A DNA stretch of 64,000 bases from an uncultured Chloroflexia bacterium (GCA_963735455.1 CAVTKZ010000004.1:371238-435237), one strand, 5' to 3'. Positions 41,848 through 51,184 are shown, counted from the stretch's first letter. Numbers and translations are program-made. Notes: a model not told the origin generated them from the letters alone.

Positions 41848-44532
41848 ATGGCCCCCGAGCTGCCGGTTGGCACGGTCACCTTCCTGTTCAGCGACGTCGA
41901 GGGCTCGACCCGTCTCGCCCAGGCGCTGGGCACTGATCGCTGGCGGACGACGCTGGAGGCCCAGCAGGCCATCTGGCGGTCGGTCTTCGCGGCGAACGGC
42001 GGGACCGAGATCTCGACCGAGGGCGACAGCTTCTTCGCGGTCTTCCCGAGCGCGGTCGACGCGGTCGCGGCCGCGGCCGCCGCGCAGCGAGCCATCCGAG
42101 CCGCCACCTGGCCCCCGGAAGCCGGGTCGGCGGGCATCCGCGTCCGGGTTGGCCTGCACACCGGCGAGGGCCGGCTCGGCGGCGACAGCTACGTCGGCCT
42201 CGACGTCCATCGGGCGGCCCGGATCGGCGCGGCCGCCAACGGCGGCCAGATCCTCATCTCGGCCACGACCCGTGCGCTAACCGAGTCGAGCCTGCCCGCC
42301 GGCCTCAGTCTCCTCGACCTTGGACGGCACCGGCTCAAGGACCTCGACCAGCCCGAGGCACTCGGTCGCCTGGTCATCGCCGGCCTCGACGACGATCCGC
42401 GACCGCCCCGAAGCCTCGAGACGCCAACCAACCTGCCGGCCAGCCTGACCAGCTTCATCGGCCGGAAGCGCGAGGTGGGCGAAGTCGTGGAGCTGGTCCG
42501 CACGGTGCGCCTGGTGACCCTGACCGGGCCGGGCGGCACGGGCAAGACCCGCTTGTCGCTGGCGTCCGCCGCCGAGCTCCTGGGTGATTTCCCGGACGGG
42601 GTCTACTTCGTCCGTCTTGCCCCGCTCAGCGATCCGGACCTGCTGGCCGCGACGATCGTCGGCGCAATCGGGCTGGAGCAGTCCCCGACGGCCGATGCCG
42701 TCAGCCTTCTGCGCGGCCACCTGGCCGACCGGCGGGTGCTCCTCGTCCTCGACAACTTCGAGCAGATCGTCGCGGCGGCGCCACTCGTCGGCGAGCTGCT
42801 GACAGCGTCAGAGGGACTCCATGTCCTCGTGACGAGCCGGGAGACCCTCCACCTCCACGGGGAGCAGGAGCTGCCGATCCCCCCGCTCGGACTGCCCGGC
42901 CCGGGCGATGGACCGCTCGACCCGGCCGAGCTCGTCAAATCCGAGGCGATCGCGCTCTTCGTCGCCCGAGCCCGGGCGGTCGTGCCGGCCTTCGTACTCG
43001 ACCGAAGCAACGCCTCCGCGATCGTGGCGATCTGCACCAGTCTGGACGGCCTGCCCCTCGCCATCGAGCTCGCGGCCGCGCGGGTGAAGGTCCTCTCGCC
43101 GGAGGCGATCCGGGACCGCCTGCGATCGAGCCTGGGCTTGCTCGCGAGCGCCGAGCGGGACGTGCCCGAACGCCAGCGCACGTTGCGCGGCGCGATTGCC
43201 TGGAGCTACGACCTGCTAACGGCAGCGGAGCAGGCGGTCTTCCGGCGCGCGGCGATCTTTGTCGGCGGTTGGTCACTCGAAGCGGCCGAGGCCGTGTGTG
43301 CCGTGAGCGGAGATCTCGAACCGGAGGTCTTCGACGTCCTGGCCTCGCTCGCCGACAAGAGCCTCGTCCGATCCGAGCCGGGTGCGGACGACGAGCCGCG
43401 CTTCCGGTACCTGGCCACGATCCGCGAGTTCGGGCTCGAGCTTCTGAAAGCCTCCGGAGAACGCGACGACCTTGCCCGCCGCCATGCGACCTACTTCGCT
43501 GGGCTGGCCGAGCGGATGGTCAAGCCGCTTGCTGGGCCAGATGTCGTGCGCTGGGTCAGCCGCCTCGAGGCCGACCACGCCAATCTGCGCGCCGCGGTCC
43601 ACTGGTCGGTCGAGGCCGGCGAGCCCGGGCTCGGGCTCCGGATCATGGGTCTGGCCTGGCGCTTCTGGTACCAGGGCAGCCATCTCAGCGAGGGCCGGGC
43701 TGCGATCGAGGAGCTGCTCCGCCAGCCGGTCACCGCCGCGTCGGATCGGGACCGGGCTGTCGGATTGAATGGGGCCGGGGGAATCGTCTACTGGCTCGGC
43801 GACTTCGACGCGGCGGCGAAGTTCTGGAGCGAGGCCCTCGCTATCAACGAGGCCCTGGCTGAGTCGTCAGGCACCGCCGAAGCCCACTACAACCTTGGCT
43901 TCATCTCGATGATCCAGGGCGACTTCCCGACCCAGCGGGCGCACCATGCGAAGGCGCTCGCGTTGTACCAGGAGATGGGCGACGAAGCTGGCGTGATCGA
44001 CACCCAGGAGGCTCTCGTCCCGGCCCTCCTGCGGGCCGGCGAGCTGACGGCCGGTGAGGAGCTCCTCCGATCGACCGTGGCCGCCCAACGCGCGCGCGGT
44101 CATCTCGTGCGCCTCGGCGAGGACCTCAGCCTGCTGGCGACGTTCCAGGCCCTCGCCGGCCACCTGGATTCGGCGCGCGCCTCGATCCGCGAGGCCCTTC
44201 CGCTGGCGGAGAGCAGCGGGACGTTGACCAGCGCGGCCTCGGCCTTGGCCAGCGCGGCGCTGATCGAGGCCGAAGGCGGCCATGCCGAGCGGACGGCCAC
44301 GATCGCCGGAGCCCTCGACGCCATGACCGAGGCCTCGCGCGTGGCGATCGCCCAGGTCGACATGCTCCGGATGCCGACCGCCGCCGACGAGGCGCGTTCA
44401 CGGCTCGATCCCGAGGCGTTCGAGCGGGCCTATCGCGTGGGTCGCACCATGGACCGCGACGCGATCCTGGCCTTCGCCCGGGCCGGCCTGGCCGAATCCG
44501 AACCCGGCGCTACGGCGCCTCGCGACGCCTGA
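41848..44532 (+). CDS. class III adenylate/guanylate cyclase domain - AAA/STAND ATPase - TPR protein (894 aa)
   Basis: 'VTFLFSDVEGSTRL', 'EGDSFFAVF' and 'RVGLHTGEG' (cyclase). Walker A 'LTGPGGTGKTRL'. C-terminal TPR-like helical repeats. No C-terminal HTH seen. Confidence 0.8.
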   Translation: MAPELPVGTVTFLFSDVEGSTRLAQALGTDRWRTTLEAQQAIWRSVFAANGGTEISTEGDSFFAVFPSAVDAVAAAAAAQRAIRAATWPPEAGSAGIRVRVGLHTGEGRLGGDSYVGLDVHRAARIGAAANGGQILISATTRALTESSLPAGLSLLDLGRHRLKDLDQPEALGRLVIAGLDDDPRPPRSLETPTNLPASLTSFIGRKREVGEVVELVRTVRLVTLTGPGGTGKTRLSLASAAELLGDFPDGVYFVRLAPLSDPDLLAATIVGAIGLEQSPTADAVSLLRGHLADRRVLLVLDNFEQIVAAAPLVGELLTASEGLHVLVTSRETLHLHGEQELPIPPLGLPGPGDGPLDPAELVKSEAIALFVARARAVVPAFVLDRSNASAIVAICTSLDGLPLAIELAAARVKVLSPEAIRDRLRSSLGLLASAERDVPERQRTLRGAIAWSYDLLTAAEQAVFRRAAIFVGGWSLEAAEAVCAVSGDLEPEVFDVLASLADKSLVRSEPGADDEPRFRYLATIREFGLELLKASGERDDLARRHATYFAGLAERMVKPLAGPDVVRWVSRLEADHANLRAAVHWSVEAGEPGLGLRIMGLAWRFWYQGSHLSEGRAAIEELLRQPVTAASDRDRAVGLNGAGGIVYWLGDFDAAAKFWSEALAINEALAESSGTAEAHYNLGFISMIQGDFPTQRAHHAKALALYQEMGDEAGVIDTQEALVPALLRAGELTAGEELLRSTVAAQRARGHLVRLGEDLSLLATFQALAGHLDSARASIREALPLAESSGTLTSAASALASAALIEAEGGHAERTATIAGALDAMTEASRVAIAQVDMLRMPTAADEARSRLDPEAFERAYRVGRTMDRDAILAFARAGLAESEPGATAPRDA

Positions 44533-45484
44533 TCTCGGCGCTGATCGCGGGGACGACCGTGTGCAGGTCGCCGATCACGGCGTAGGCCGCCCGGGACATG
44601 ATCGGCGCCTCGCGATCCGTGTTGATCACGAGGATCGCCTTGGCAGCCTTGCAGCCGACGATGTGCTGGATCGCGCCGCTGATCCCGCAGGCGATGTAGA
44701 TGTCGGGCGCGATTCGGGTCCCGGTCTGGCCGACCTGCTGGCTGTGCGGCCGCCAGCCGGCACTGGTCACGACCCGCGACACGCCGACGGCGCCGTGGAG
44801 GAGGCCGGCCAGCTCCTCGAGCTCGCTGAACGCCTCGGCCCCGCCCACGCCGCGGCCGCCACCGACCACGACCCGGGCGTCGGCCAGGGAGACCTTGCCC
44901 GCCTCGGGCGCCACCCGGGCCACGACCCGCACCCGGAGATCCGAATCCGTCAGGGTCGGCGTGAACGCTTCAATCCTGACCAGGGACGGGGCGGCCGCCT
45001 CCTCGGGCGGCGTGGCGTGCTCGGCAATCGTGACGAAGCGGACCGGGCCATCGAGCCGGGCATCCTCAAGCAGGCTGCCGCCCCAGCGCTGGCGGGTCAC
45101 CTCGAACAGGGCCCCGGGCCGCAGCTCGACGCAGTTGGCGGCCATCGGCGCCCCGGCCATCGTGGCCGCGTAGGCCAGGACCTCCTGGCCGCGGTCGTTC
45201 CCCGCGGCGAGGACGATCGCCGGCGACGAGACCGACGCGACCTGGGCCACGGCCCGTCCCCAGGCGGCCGGCGCATAGCCGTCGAGGCCGGCCGGCTCGA
45301 CGACCCAGGCCGAGCTCACCCCGAACGCGCCAAGGGCCGCCGCTGCCTGGGCCGCGCCCGGCCCGAAGAGGACGGCGCCCAGCGGGACCCCCAGCGACGC
45401 GGCGGTCCGCCGCGCGAAGGTGAGGGCCTCGAGGGACGAGCGGTCCGGCCGGCCGCCATCCTGCTCGACGAAGGCCAGGATCAT
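44510..45484 (-). CDS. etfA: electron transfer flavoprotein alpha subunit
   Basis: 'YIACGISGAIQHIVGCKAAKAILVINTDREAPI' is the FAD-binding ETF-alpha signature. Confidence 0.9.
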   Translation of the reverse strand: MILAFVEQDGGRPDRSSLEALTFARRTAASLGVPLGAVLFGPGAAQAAAALGAFGVSSAWVVEPAGLDGYAPAAWGRAVAQVASVSSPAIVLAAGNDRGQEVLAYAATMAGAPMAANCVELRPGALFEVTRQRWGGSLLEDARLDGPVRFVTIAEHATPPEEAAAPSLVRIEAFTPTLTDSDLRVRVVARVAPEAGKVSLADARVVVGGGRGVGGAEAFSELEELAGLLHGAVGVSRVVTSAGWRPHSQQVGQTGTRIAPDIYIACGISGAIQHIVGCKAAKAILVINTDREAPIMSRAAYAVIGDLHTVVPAISAEIRRREAP

Positions 45485-46281
45485 CCGGCCAGGACCCCGA
45501 TCCGGACGAGGACATCGACCACCGCGGGCGCGGCGTCGGCGCCGCTGCCCAGGATCTCGACCCGGCCCTCGGTCTCGGCCGGCAGGCGCAGGCGGATCTT
45601 GTCGGGTCCGGTGATCCCGGCGGCGGCCGGCCCGGTCCCGCCCGTCGGCGGCGCGAGGACCGTGGTCTCGATCTCCTTCTTCTTCGCTCGCAGGCGGCCG
45701 GGGACCGACGGATAGCGGGGCAGGTTGATCCCCTCGCGGACCGCGACCACGGCGGGCAGGGACACCTCAAAGACCTCCCAGCCGCCGGCGGCCTCGCGCC
45801 GGGCGGTTGCCACGCCGTCCTTGATGTCGAGCGACTTGACCCCGCTGACGCATGGCAGGCCGAGCGCCAGGGCGACCCGGATCCCGACCTGGAAGTCGCC
45901 CGAATCCGCGGCCTCGTTGCCGAACAGGAGCAGGTCGTAGCTGCTGCCGGCCGCGGCCTCGGCCCGGATCGCCTCGACGATCGCGGCGGCGGTGGAGACC
46001 GGATCCCAGTCCTGGCCGTCGGTCTGGAGCAGGATCGCCCGGTCGATCCCGATCGCCAGCGCCGCCCGGAGCTGGTCGGCCGCGGACTCGGGCCCGAGGG
46101 TCAGGACGGTCGAGCTGCCGCCGTTCGCCTCGATCAGGCGGACGGCCTCTTCGGTCGCGCACTCCTCGTGGGGACTGACCGTGAACCCAAGGTAGCGGGT
46201 GTCGATCTCCCGGGCATCGGCGGTCAGGGTCACCCGCCCGCCGGTCTCGGGGACCCGCTTGACGGCGACCAGGATGTTCAC
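45481..46281 (-). CDS. etfB: electron transfer flavoprotein beta subunit
   Basis: 'MNILVAVKRVPE..', 'SPHEECATEEAVRL' and 'DLLLFGNEAADSGDFQVG'. 4-bp overlaps with both neighbouring genes. Confidence 0.9.
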   Translation of the reverse strand: MNILVAVKRVPETGGRVTLTADAREIDTRYLGFTVSPHEECATEEAVRLIEANGGSSTVLTLGPESAADQLRAALAIGIDRAILLQTDGQDWDPVSTAAAIVEAIRAEAAAGSSYDLLLFGNEAADSGDFQVGIRVALALGLPCVSGVKSLDIKDGVATARREAAGGWEVFEVSLPAVVAVREGINLPRYPSVPGRLRAKKKEIETTVLAPPTGGTGPAAAGITGPDKIRLRLPAETEGRVEILGSGADAAPAVVDVLVRIGVLAG

Positions 46282-48794
46282 GCCCGGATCCGCGAGTTCT
46301 CCGGGTCGAAGATCGGCGTGCTGCCGACAACCGCGACCGTCACCGGGTAGCGCTCGCCGAAATACTCGACGGCCAGCTTCGTGCCCTCGACGGCGGCCTC
46401 GGGCGGCAGGTAGGCGAGCAGGAGGTGCTTGCCGATCGAGGGCGCGGAGCCGGCGCTCGTCGCGTACGCGCGGCGGCCCTTCGCATCGACCAGGAAGGTG
46501 CCGTCGGGCCGGGTGACCGGCTCACGCCCGAGCATGTAGCGCTTGACCCCGCTCGACGAGGTCGGATCATCGACGGTCAGGGTGCACAGGATCGCGGCCG
46601 GCGGGACGGCCCGCTGGGCGAGGTAGGCGGCCTTGCCCACGAAGTCGGCGTCCTTGACCGTCGGCCGGGCCATGCCCGCCTCGACCAGGTTGAAGTCGAG
46701 CTCGAGCTCGTTGCCGTGGGCCCGGTAGCCCTTCTCGAGCCGGCCGGTCGTGGCGTAGACGCCGATCCCGACCGCGACCACGCCCAGTGGCTGGCCGGCC
46801 GCCCAGAGGGTGTCCCACAGCCGGAGGCCCTGCTCCATCGGGGCGTAGATCTCCCAGCCCAGCTCGCCGACATACGAGATCCGGGACATCAGGGTCCGGA
46901 CTCCGCCGATGTCAACGGTCTGGGCCGTGCCGAACGGGAAGGCGGCATTCGAGAGGTCGGCGCTGGTCACCGACTGGACCAGCTCGCGGGCCCTCGGGCC
47001 CCACACGCCGATCGTGTACAGGGCCGAGGTCAGGTCGTGGACCTGGACTGAGCCATCACTTGGCAGGTGGTCGGTGAACCACTTCTTGTCGCGCATGCCC
47101 ATCCCGCCGCCGGTCACCACCCGGTAGTGGTTGGGGCCGAGCCGGATGATCGTCAGGTCGGCGACGATCCCGCCGGCTGCGTTGAGCAGGGGCGTGTAGA
47201 TCACCCGGCCGAGCTTGAGGTCGACCTGGTTGACGACCAGGCCCTGGAGGTAGTCGGTGGCGCCCGGCCCATCGACGTCGAAGATCGCAAAGGCCGCCAG
47301 GTCGACCATTCCCACCCGATCGCGCAGCGCGAGGTGCTCGGCGTTGACGATCGGCGACCACCAGCGCGATTCCCACTCGGCCGCGCGGGGCATCACCCGC
47401 TCGCCGTACTCGGCCAGCAGCGCTTCGTTGGCGCCGTACCAGAACGGCCGCTCCCAGCCGGCGGCTTCGAAGAAGACCGCCCCCAGCTCGCGCTGGCGGA
47501 TGTTGATCGGGCTCAGTCGGACGTCCCGATTGGAGCTCCATTGCTCCATCGGGTGGACGATCCCGTAGGTCTTGTTGAAGCCCTCGGCGCTCCGGGCGTC
47601 GATATGGGCGGCGACCCGCTGGTGGTCATAGAAGCGGGCGACGTCGGACGAGTGCGGGTCGATCTCGGGCGCGCCGTGGGTCATCCACTCGGCGACCGCC
47701 TTGGCGATCCCCGGCGCCTCCTTGATCCAGACCGCGGCCACCGACCACAGGCCGCGGACCTCGGCGGTCTCACCCAGGATCGGCATCCCGTCGGGGGTCA
47801 GCGACAGGAGGCCGTTGATCGCATAGCGGACGCCGACCCGCTCGTCGCGCAGGACCTCGGGCACCAGCTCGAGGGCCTGCTCCATCTGCAGGTCGAAGTC
47901 GTCATCGGTGAAGGGCAGCTCGCTGGGTGACTGGGCGGACTCGGCGATCGAGGGGATCTCGTCGGGCGACATCAGGATCGGCCGGTGGGCGTAGGAGCCG
48001 ACCTCCAGGTCGCCGCCGTGCTGGCGCTCGTACATGTTGGTGTCCATGTCGCGCACGATCGGGAAGGTGATCTCGCCGACGGTCTCGGCAAAGCCGGGTA
48101 CCGGGCCGACGCTGATCATCTGGTGGACGGCCGGGCTGAGGGGGATCGAGGCGCCCGCCATCCGGGCGATCCGGGGGCTCCAGATCCCGCAGGCGATCAC
48201 CACGGTCTCGGCCGCGACGTTGCCCTTGTCCGTCCGCACGCCGCTGACGTGGCCGTCGACGACGTCGATCCCGGTGACCTCGGTCTGGGCCGAAATCGTG
48301 AGCGCACCCAGCTCGACGGCCGCCTCGCGCATCAGGGTCCCGGCCCGGAGCGAGTCGACCACCCCGACCCCGGGGGTGTAGAAGCCGCCCAGCAGGATCG
48401 ACTCCTCGATGTACGGCACGAGCTCCTTGATTCGAGCCGGGCTGATCAGCTCGGATTCGATGCCCCACGAGTGGGCGGAGGCGAGCCGGCGCTTGAACTC
48501 CTCCATCCGCTCCGGGGTCCGGGCGACCTCGATCCCGCCGCTCTGGGTGAAGACTCCGAGCTCCTTGTACTGGCGCACGCTGTCCAAGGTGAACGCCGTC
48601 ATCTCCTTGGAGTGGTCGGTCAGGAAGATGAAGTTCGACGCATGACCGGTCGATCCGCCGGGGTTGGGGAGGGTCCCCTTGTCGATCAGGACGATGTCCC
48701 GCCAGCCGAGCCGGGCCAGGTGGTAGGCCATGCTGTTGCCGACGATTCCGGCGCCGATCACGACGACCCTGGCCCGCTCAGGCAGTCCGCTCAT
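46278..48794 (-). CDS. FAD-dependent oxidoreductase fused to a GcvT-like folate-binding aminomethyltransferase domain (dimethylglycine/sarcosine dehydrogenase family)
   Basis: 'VVVIGAGIVGNSMAYHLARLGW' N-terminus, 838-aa length and a C-terminal GcvT-type region ('ISYVGELGWEIY'). Lies in an operon with etfBA. Confidence 0.85.
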   Translation of the reverse strand: MSGLPERARVVVIGAGIVGNSMAYHLARLGWRDIVLIDKGTLPNPGGSTGHASNFIFLTDHSKEMTAFTLDSVRQYKELGVFTQSGGIEVARTPERMEEFKRRLASAHSWGIESELISPARIKELVPYIEESILLGGFYTPGVGVVDSLRAGTLMREAAVELGALTISAQTEVTGIDVVDGHVSGVRTDKGNVAAETVVIACGIWSPRIARMAGASIPLSPAVHQMISVGPVPGFAETVGEITFPIVRDMDTNMYERQHGGDLEVGSYAHRPILMSPDEIPSIAESAQSPSELPFTDDDFDLQMEQALELVPEVLRDERVGVRYAINGLLSLTPDGMPILGETAEVRGLWSVAAVWIKEAPGIAKAVAEWMTHGAPEIDPHSSDVARFYDHQRVAAHIDARSAEGFNKTYGIVHPMEQWSSNRDVRLSPINIRQRELGAVFFEAAGWERPFWYGANEALLAEYGERVMPRAAEWESRWWSPIVNAEHLALRDRVGMVDLAAFAIFDVDGPGATDYLQGLVVNQVDLKLGRVIYTPLLNAAGGIVADLTIIRLGPNHYRVVTGGGMGMRDKKWFTDHLPSDGSVQVHDLTSALYTIGVWGPRARELVQSVTSADLSNAAFPFGTAQTVDIGGVRTLMSRISYVGELGWEIYAPMEQGLRLWDTLWAAGQPLGVVAVGIGVYATTGRLEKGYRAHGNELELDFNLVEAGMARPTVKDADFVGKAAYLAQRAVPPAAILCTLTVDDPTSSSGVKRYMLGREPVTRPDGTFLVDAKGRRAYATSAGSAPSIGKHLLLAYLPPEAAVEGTKLAVEYFGERYPVTVAVVGSTPIFDPENSRIRA

Positions 48795-48826
48795 GCGTGT
48801 TCCTGGATCCTCCTGGATTGGGGCGC

Positions 48827-48895
48827 TCAGGCCCCGGCCGACGGAGCCTTCGGCTTCTTCGGCTTCGGTGGCCGCTTCGGCGTCTTGTCACCCAC
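48827..48895 (-). CDS. candidate 22-aa Lys/Pro-rich upstream micro-ORF 'MGDKTPKRPPKPKKPKAPSAGA'
   Basis: GTG start lies 6 nt after GGAGG. High GC3. Ends 32 nt before the dehydrogenase ATG. Below the ORF-track cutoff. Confidence 0.25.
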   Translation of the reverse strand: MGDKTPKRPPKPKKPKAPSAGA

Positions 48896-49020
48896 GGTGG
48901 ACCTCCGTTCTGGCTCTCAACGGGACGCCTGGCGGCGCCCGCAATCAGGACGACACGATACCGCGGCGGGCATCGACCGCGACGGCCGTCCCCGGGCCGG
49001 CCGGGACCAGACGACCGATT

Positions 49021-49038
49021 CTCTCAGGGAGTTCTCAG
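49021..49038 (+). promoter_or_regulatory. direct-repeat box CTCTCAGGGAGTTCTCAG (TCTCAG-N5-TCTCAG, 11-bp phasing) in the -35 position of the response-regulator operon promoter
   Basis: 10 nt upstream of a TACAAC -10-like hexamer (49049-49054). Near-identical boxes with identical spacing occur at 51167-51184 and 62159-62176 (minus strand). Confidence 0.55.
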
Positions 49039-49107
49039 AATGGGGGCGTACAACGGACTGTGGGATTGCCGTGATGTGCGCGGCTCCCGGGATCGAATGG
49101 GCGGGCG

Positions 49108-49785
49108 ATGCACCTTCTCGTCGTCGAAGATGACCAGCGCCTGCGCCGCCTCCTCAAGCGGCTGCTCGAGGAGGACCAGCACGTGGTCGAGGTCGCGGCC
49201 GATGGCGCGACGGCGGTCGAGCTGGCGACTGGATCGACCGGGATCGATGCCCTGATCCTGGATGTCGGCCTGCCCGACGTCAGCGGCCTGGAGGTCGCTC
49301 GCCGGATCCGGGCGGCCGGGGCCGATGTCTCGATCCTGATGCTCACCGCCCGGGACACGGTCGGCGACCGGGTCGGCGGCCTGGACGCGGGGGCCGACGA
49401 CTACCTGGTCAAGCCGTTCGCCTTCGAGGAGCTGTCGGCCCGCCTGCGGGCCCTGTCGCGACGGGGAGCCGCCGGTACCCGGCGGGCCGAGCCGAAGCTG
49501 GTCGCCGGCTTGATCGAGCTCGACGAGACGGCTCGCCGGGTGACCGTCGGCGGCGATCCGGTCGACCTCAGCCCGCGCGAGTTCTCGCTCCTCGAGTGCC
49601 TCCTGCGGCACGCCGGCCAGACCCTCAGCCGGGACCAGCTCCTCGACCAGGCCTGGCCATTCAGCGTGGCGGTCACCCCCAACGCGGTCGATGCCTACGT
49701 CCACTACCTGCGCACGAAGCTGGGCTCGGCGAGCCGCCAGCTGGAGACGGTCCGGGGAATCGGCTATCGCCTCGCCCATGACTGA
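49108..49785 (+). CDS. OmpR/PhoB-family response regulator
   Basis: 'LLVVEDD', 'DALILDVGLPDVSG', 'LTARD' and 'DDYLVKPF' receiver motifs, plus the winged-helix 'VRGIGYRL'. Confidence 0.9.
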   Translation: MHLLVVEDDQRLRRLLKRLLEEDQHVVEVAADGATAVELATGSTGIDALILDVGLPDVSGLEVARRIRAAGADVSILMLTARDTVGDRVGGLDAGADDYLVKPFAFEELSARLRALSRRGAAGTRRAEPKLVAGLIELDETARRVTVGGDPVDLSPREFSLLECLLRHAGQTLSRDQLLDQAWPFSVAVTPNAVDAYVHYLRTKLGSASRQLETVRGIGYRLAHD

Positions 49786-51145
49786 GCAACCCACCTCGGA
49801 GCGGATCACGGGCAGCGAGGACTGGGTGGACCAGCAAGCCCGCAAGGGCGACGCCCGCCTTGTCCGGGGCGTCCGCTGGCGGCTCGTCCTGTTCAGCGGC
49901 GGGACGACCCTGTTGATCCTGCTGGCCCTCGGCGCCCTCCTCTACGTCCGCGTCGCCAGCTCGCTCGAGACGACCGGAGTGACCCAGCTCGATGCCCGGG
50001 CAGCATCGCTCAAGCAATTCCTGGGTGGCAGCGATGACCCGGGCAAGGGCCCGCCGACCGGCCTGATCTTCGGTGGCGGATCGTCGGGCACGTTCGCCGT
50101 CCTGGTGACCGCCGCCGGCCAGCGGATCGGCGACCTCGATGACGGCGTGCCGGGCGGCCTGCCCAACGTGGCCTCCGTGGCCGCAGCCTGGCAGACCGGT
50201 CGCGACGTCCGGGACGCGGTGCTGGCGGACGTCCCGGTCCGGATCCTGAGCGTGACCGCCTCGAGCCGGATCGGGCCGGTCGTGATCCAGGTGGTCCAGG
50301 ACCGGACCGATGAGCAGAAGACGCTGGACGTGATCTCCGACGTGCTGATCTTCGGCGGACTGCTGGCCGTTGCGGCAGCCAGCGCCTTCGGGGCGGTCTA
50401 TGCCCGGCGCGCCCTGGCCCCGATCCGGTCGTCGCTCGCCAGCCAGCGCCTGGCACTCCGTCGCCAGCGCGAGTTTGCCGCCGACGCGAGCCATGAGCTG
50501 CGGACGCCCTTGACCGTGATCCGGAGCTCGGTCGAGTACCTGGGCCGGCATCGGACCGAGCCGGTCGGGGCGGTCGGCGAGGCGCTCGAGGACATCACCG
50601 CCGAGGTCGACCAGCTGTCGACCCTGGTCGAGGACCTGCTCCTGCTGGCCCGCTCCGATTCGGGCGCGATCGAGCTCGACCAACTGCCGCTCGACCTGGG
50701 CGACCTGGCGGGCGAAGCGGCCTCGACGCTGGCCCAGCCGGCCGCCGACCGGAAGGTCCGGATCGTGGTCGATCCCGAGCCGGCCGCGGTGACCGGCGAC
50801 CCGGTCCGGCTCCGCCAGCTGGTGGCGATCCTGGTCGACAACGCGATCCGGCACAGCCCGGCCGGGGGCGAGGTCCGGGTCGCGGTCAGGAGCGATGGCC
50901 GGTCGACCGAACTGTCGGTCGAGGACCAGGGCCCGGGCATCCGGCCGGAAGACCTGCCCCGGGTCTTCGACCGGTTCTGGCGGGCGCCCGGCGCTCCGGC
51001 CGGCGGGACCGGCCTGGGCCTGGCGATCGCCCACTGGATCGTCGAGCGCCACGGCGGCCAGATCGTGGTGGTCAACCGGGCCGAGGGCGGGGCGCGCTTC
51101 GACGTCCGGCTGCCGGTCCGCGACGCGTCGCCGGCCCGAGGCTGA
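49778..51145 (+). CDS. sensor histidine kinase (two TM segments, HAMP, HisKA, HATPase_c)
   Basis: ATG overlaps the regulator stop (ATGACTGA). H-box 'FAADASHELRTPLT', N-box 'LVDNAIRHSP' and G-boxes 'DQGPGI' / 'GTGLGLAI'. Confidence 0.85.
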   Translation: MTEQPTSERITGSEDWVDQQARKGDARLVRGVRWRLVLFSGGTTLLILLALGALLYVRVASSLETTGVTQLDARAASLKQFLGGSDDPGKGPPTGLIFGGGSSGTFAVLVTAAGQRIGDLDDGVPGGLPNVASVAAAWQTGRDVRDAVLADVPVRILSVTASSRIGPVVIQVVQDRTDEQKTLDVISDVLIFGGLLAVAAASAFGAVYARRALAPIRSSLASQRLALRRQREFAADASHELRTPLTVIRSSVEYLGRHRTEPVGAVGEALEDITAEVDQLSTLVEDLLLLARSDSGAIELDQLPLDLGDLAGEAASTLAQPAADRKVRIVVDPEPAAVTGDPVRLRQLVAILVDNAIRHSPAGGEVRVAVRSDGRSTELSVEDQGPGIRPEDLPRVFDRFWRAPGAPAGGTGLGLAIAHWIVERHGGQIVVVNRAEGGARFDVRLPVRDASPARG

Positions 51146-51166
51146 AATGGGCGATCACCAGCCGAG

Positions 51167-51184
51167 CTCTCAGGCAGTTCTCAG
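51167..51184 (+). promoter_or_regulatory. direct-repeat box CTCTCAGGCAGTTCTCAG upstream of the ferric-reductase/FMN-bind/ApbE operon
   Basis: 17/18 identical to the 49021 box. Lies 10 nt upstream of CAGGCT (51195-51200), which is 7 nt from the ATG at 51208. Confidence 0.55.

Noticed and set aside
48795-49107. A glycine, THF or other riboswitch in the 310-bp gap upstream of the dimethylglycine-dehydrogenase-like operon.
   Set aside because: By eye I found none of the conserved cores: no GGAGAG...CTCAGGC glycine-type elements and no B12 box. Only the micro-ORF and the regulator box on the opposite strand are reported. An Rfam scan is still advisable.
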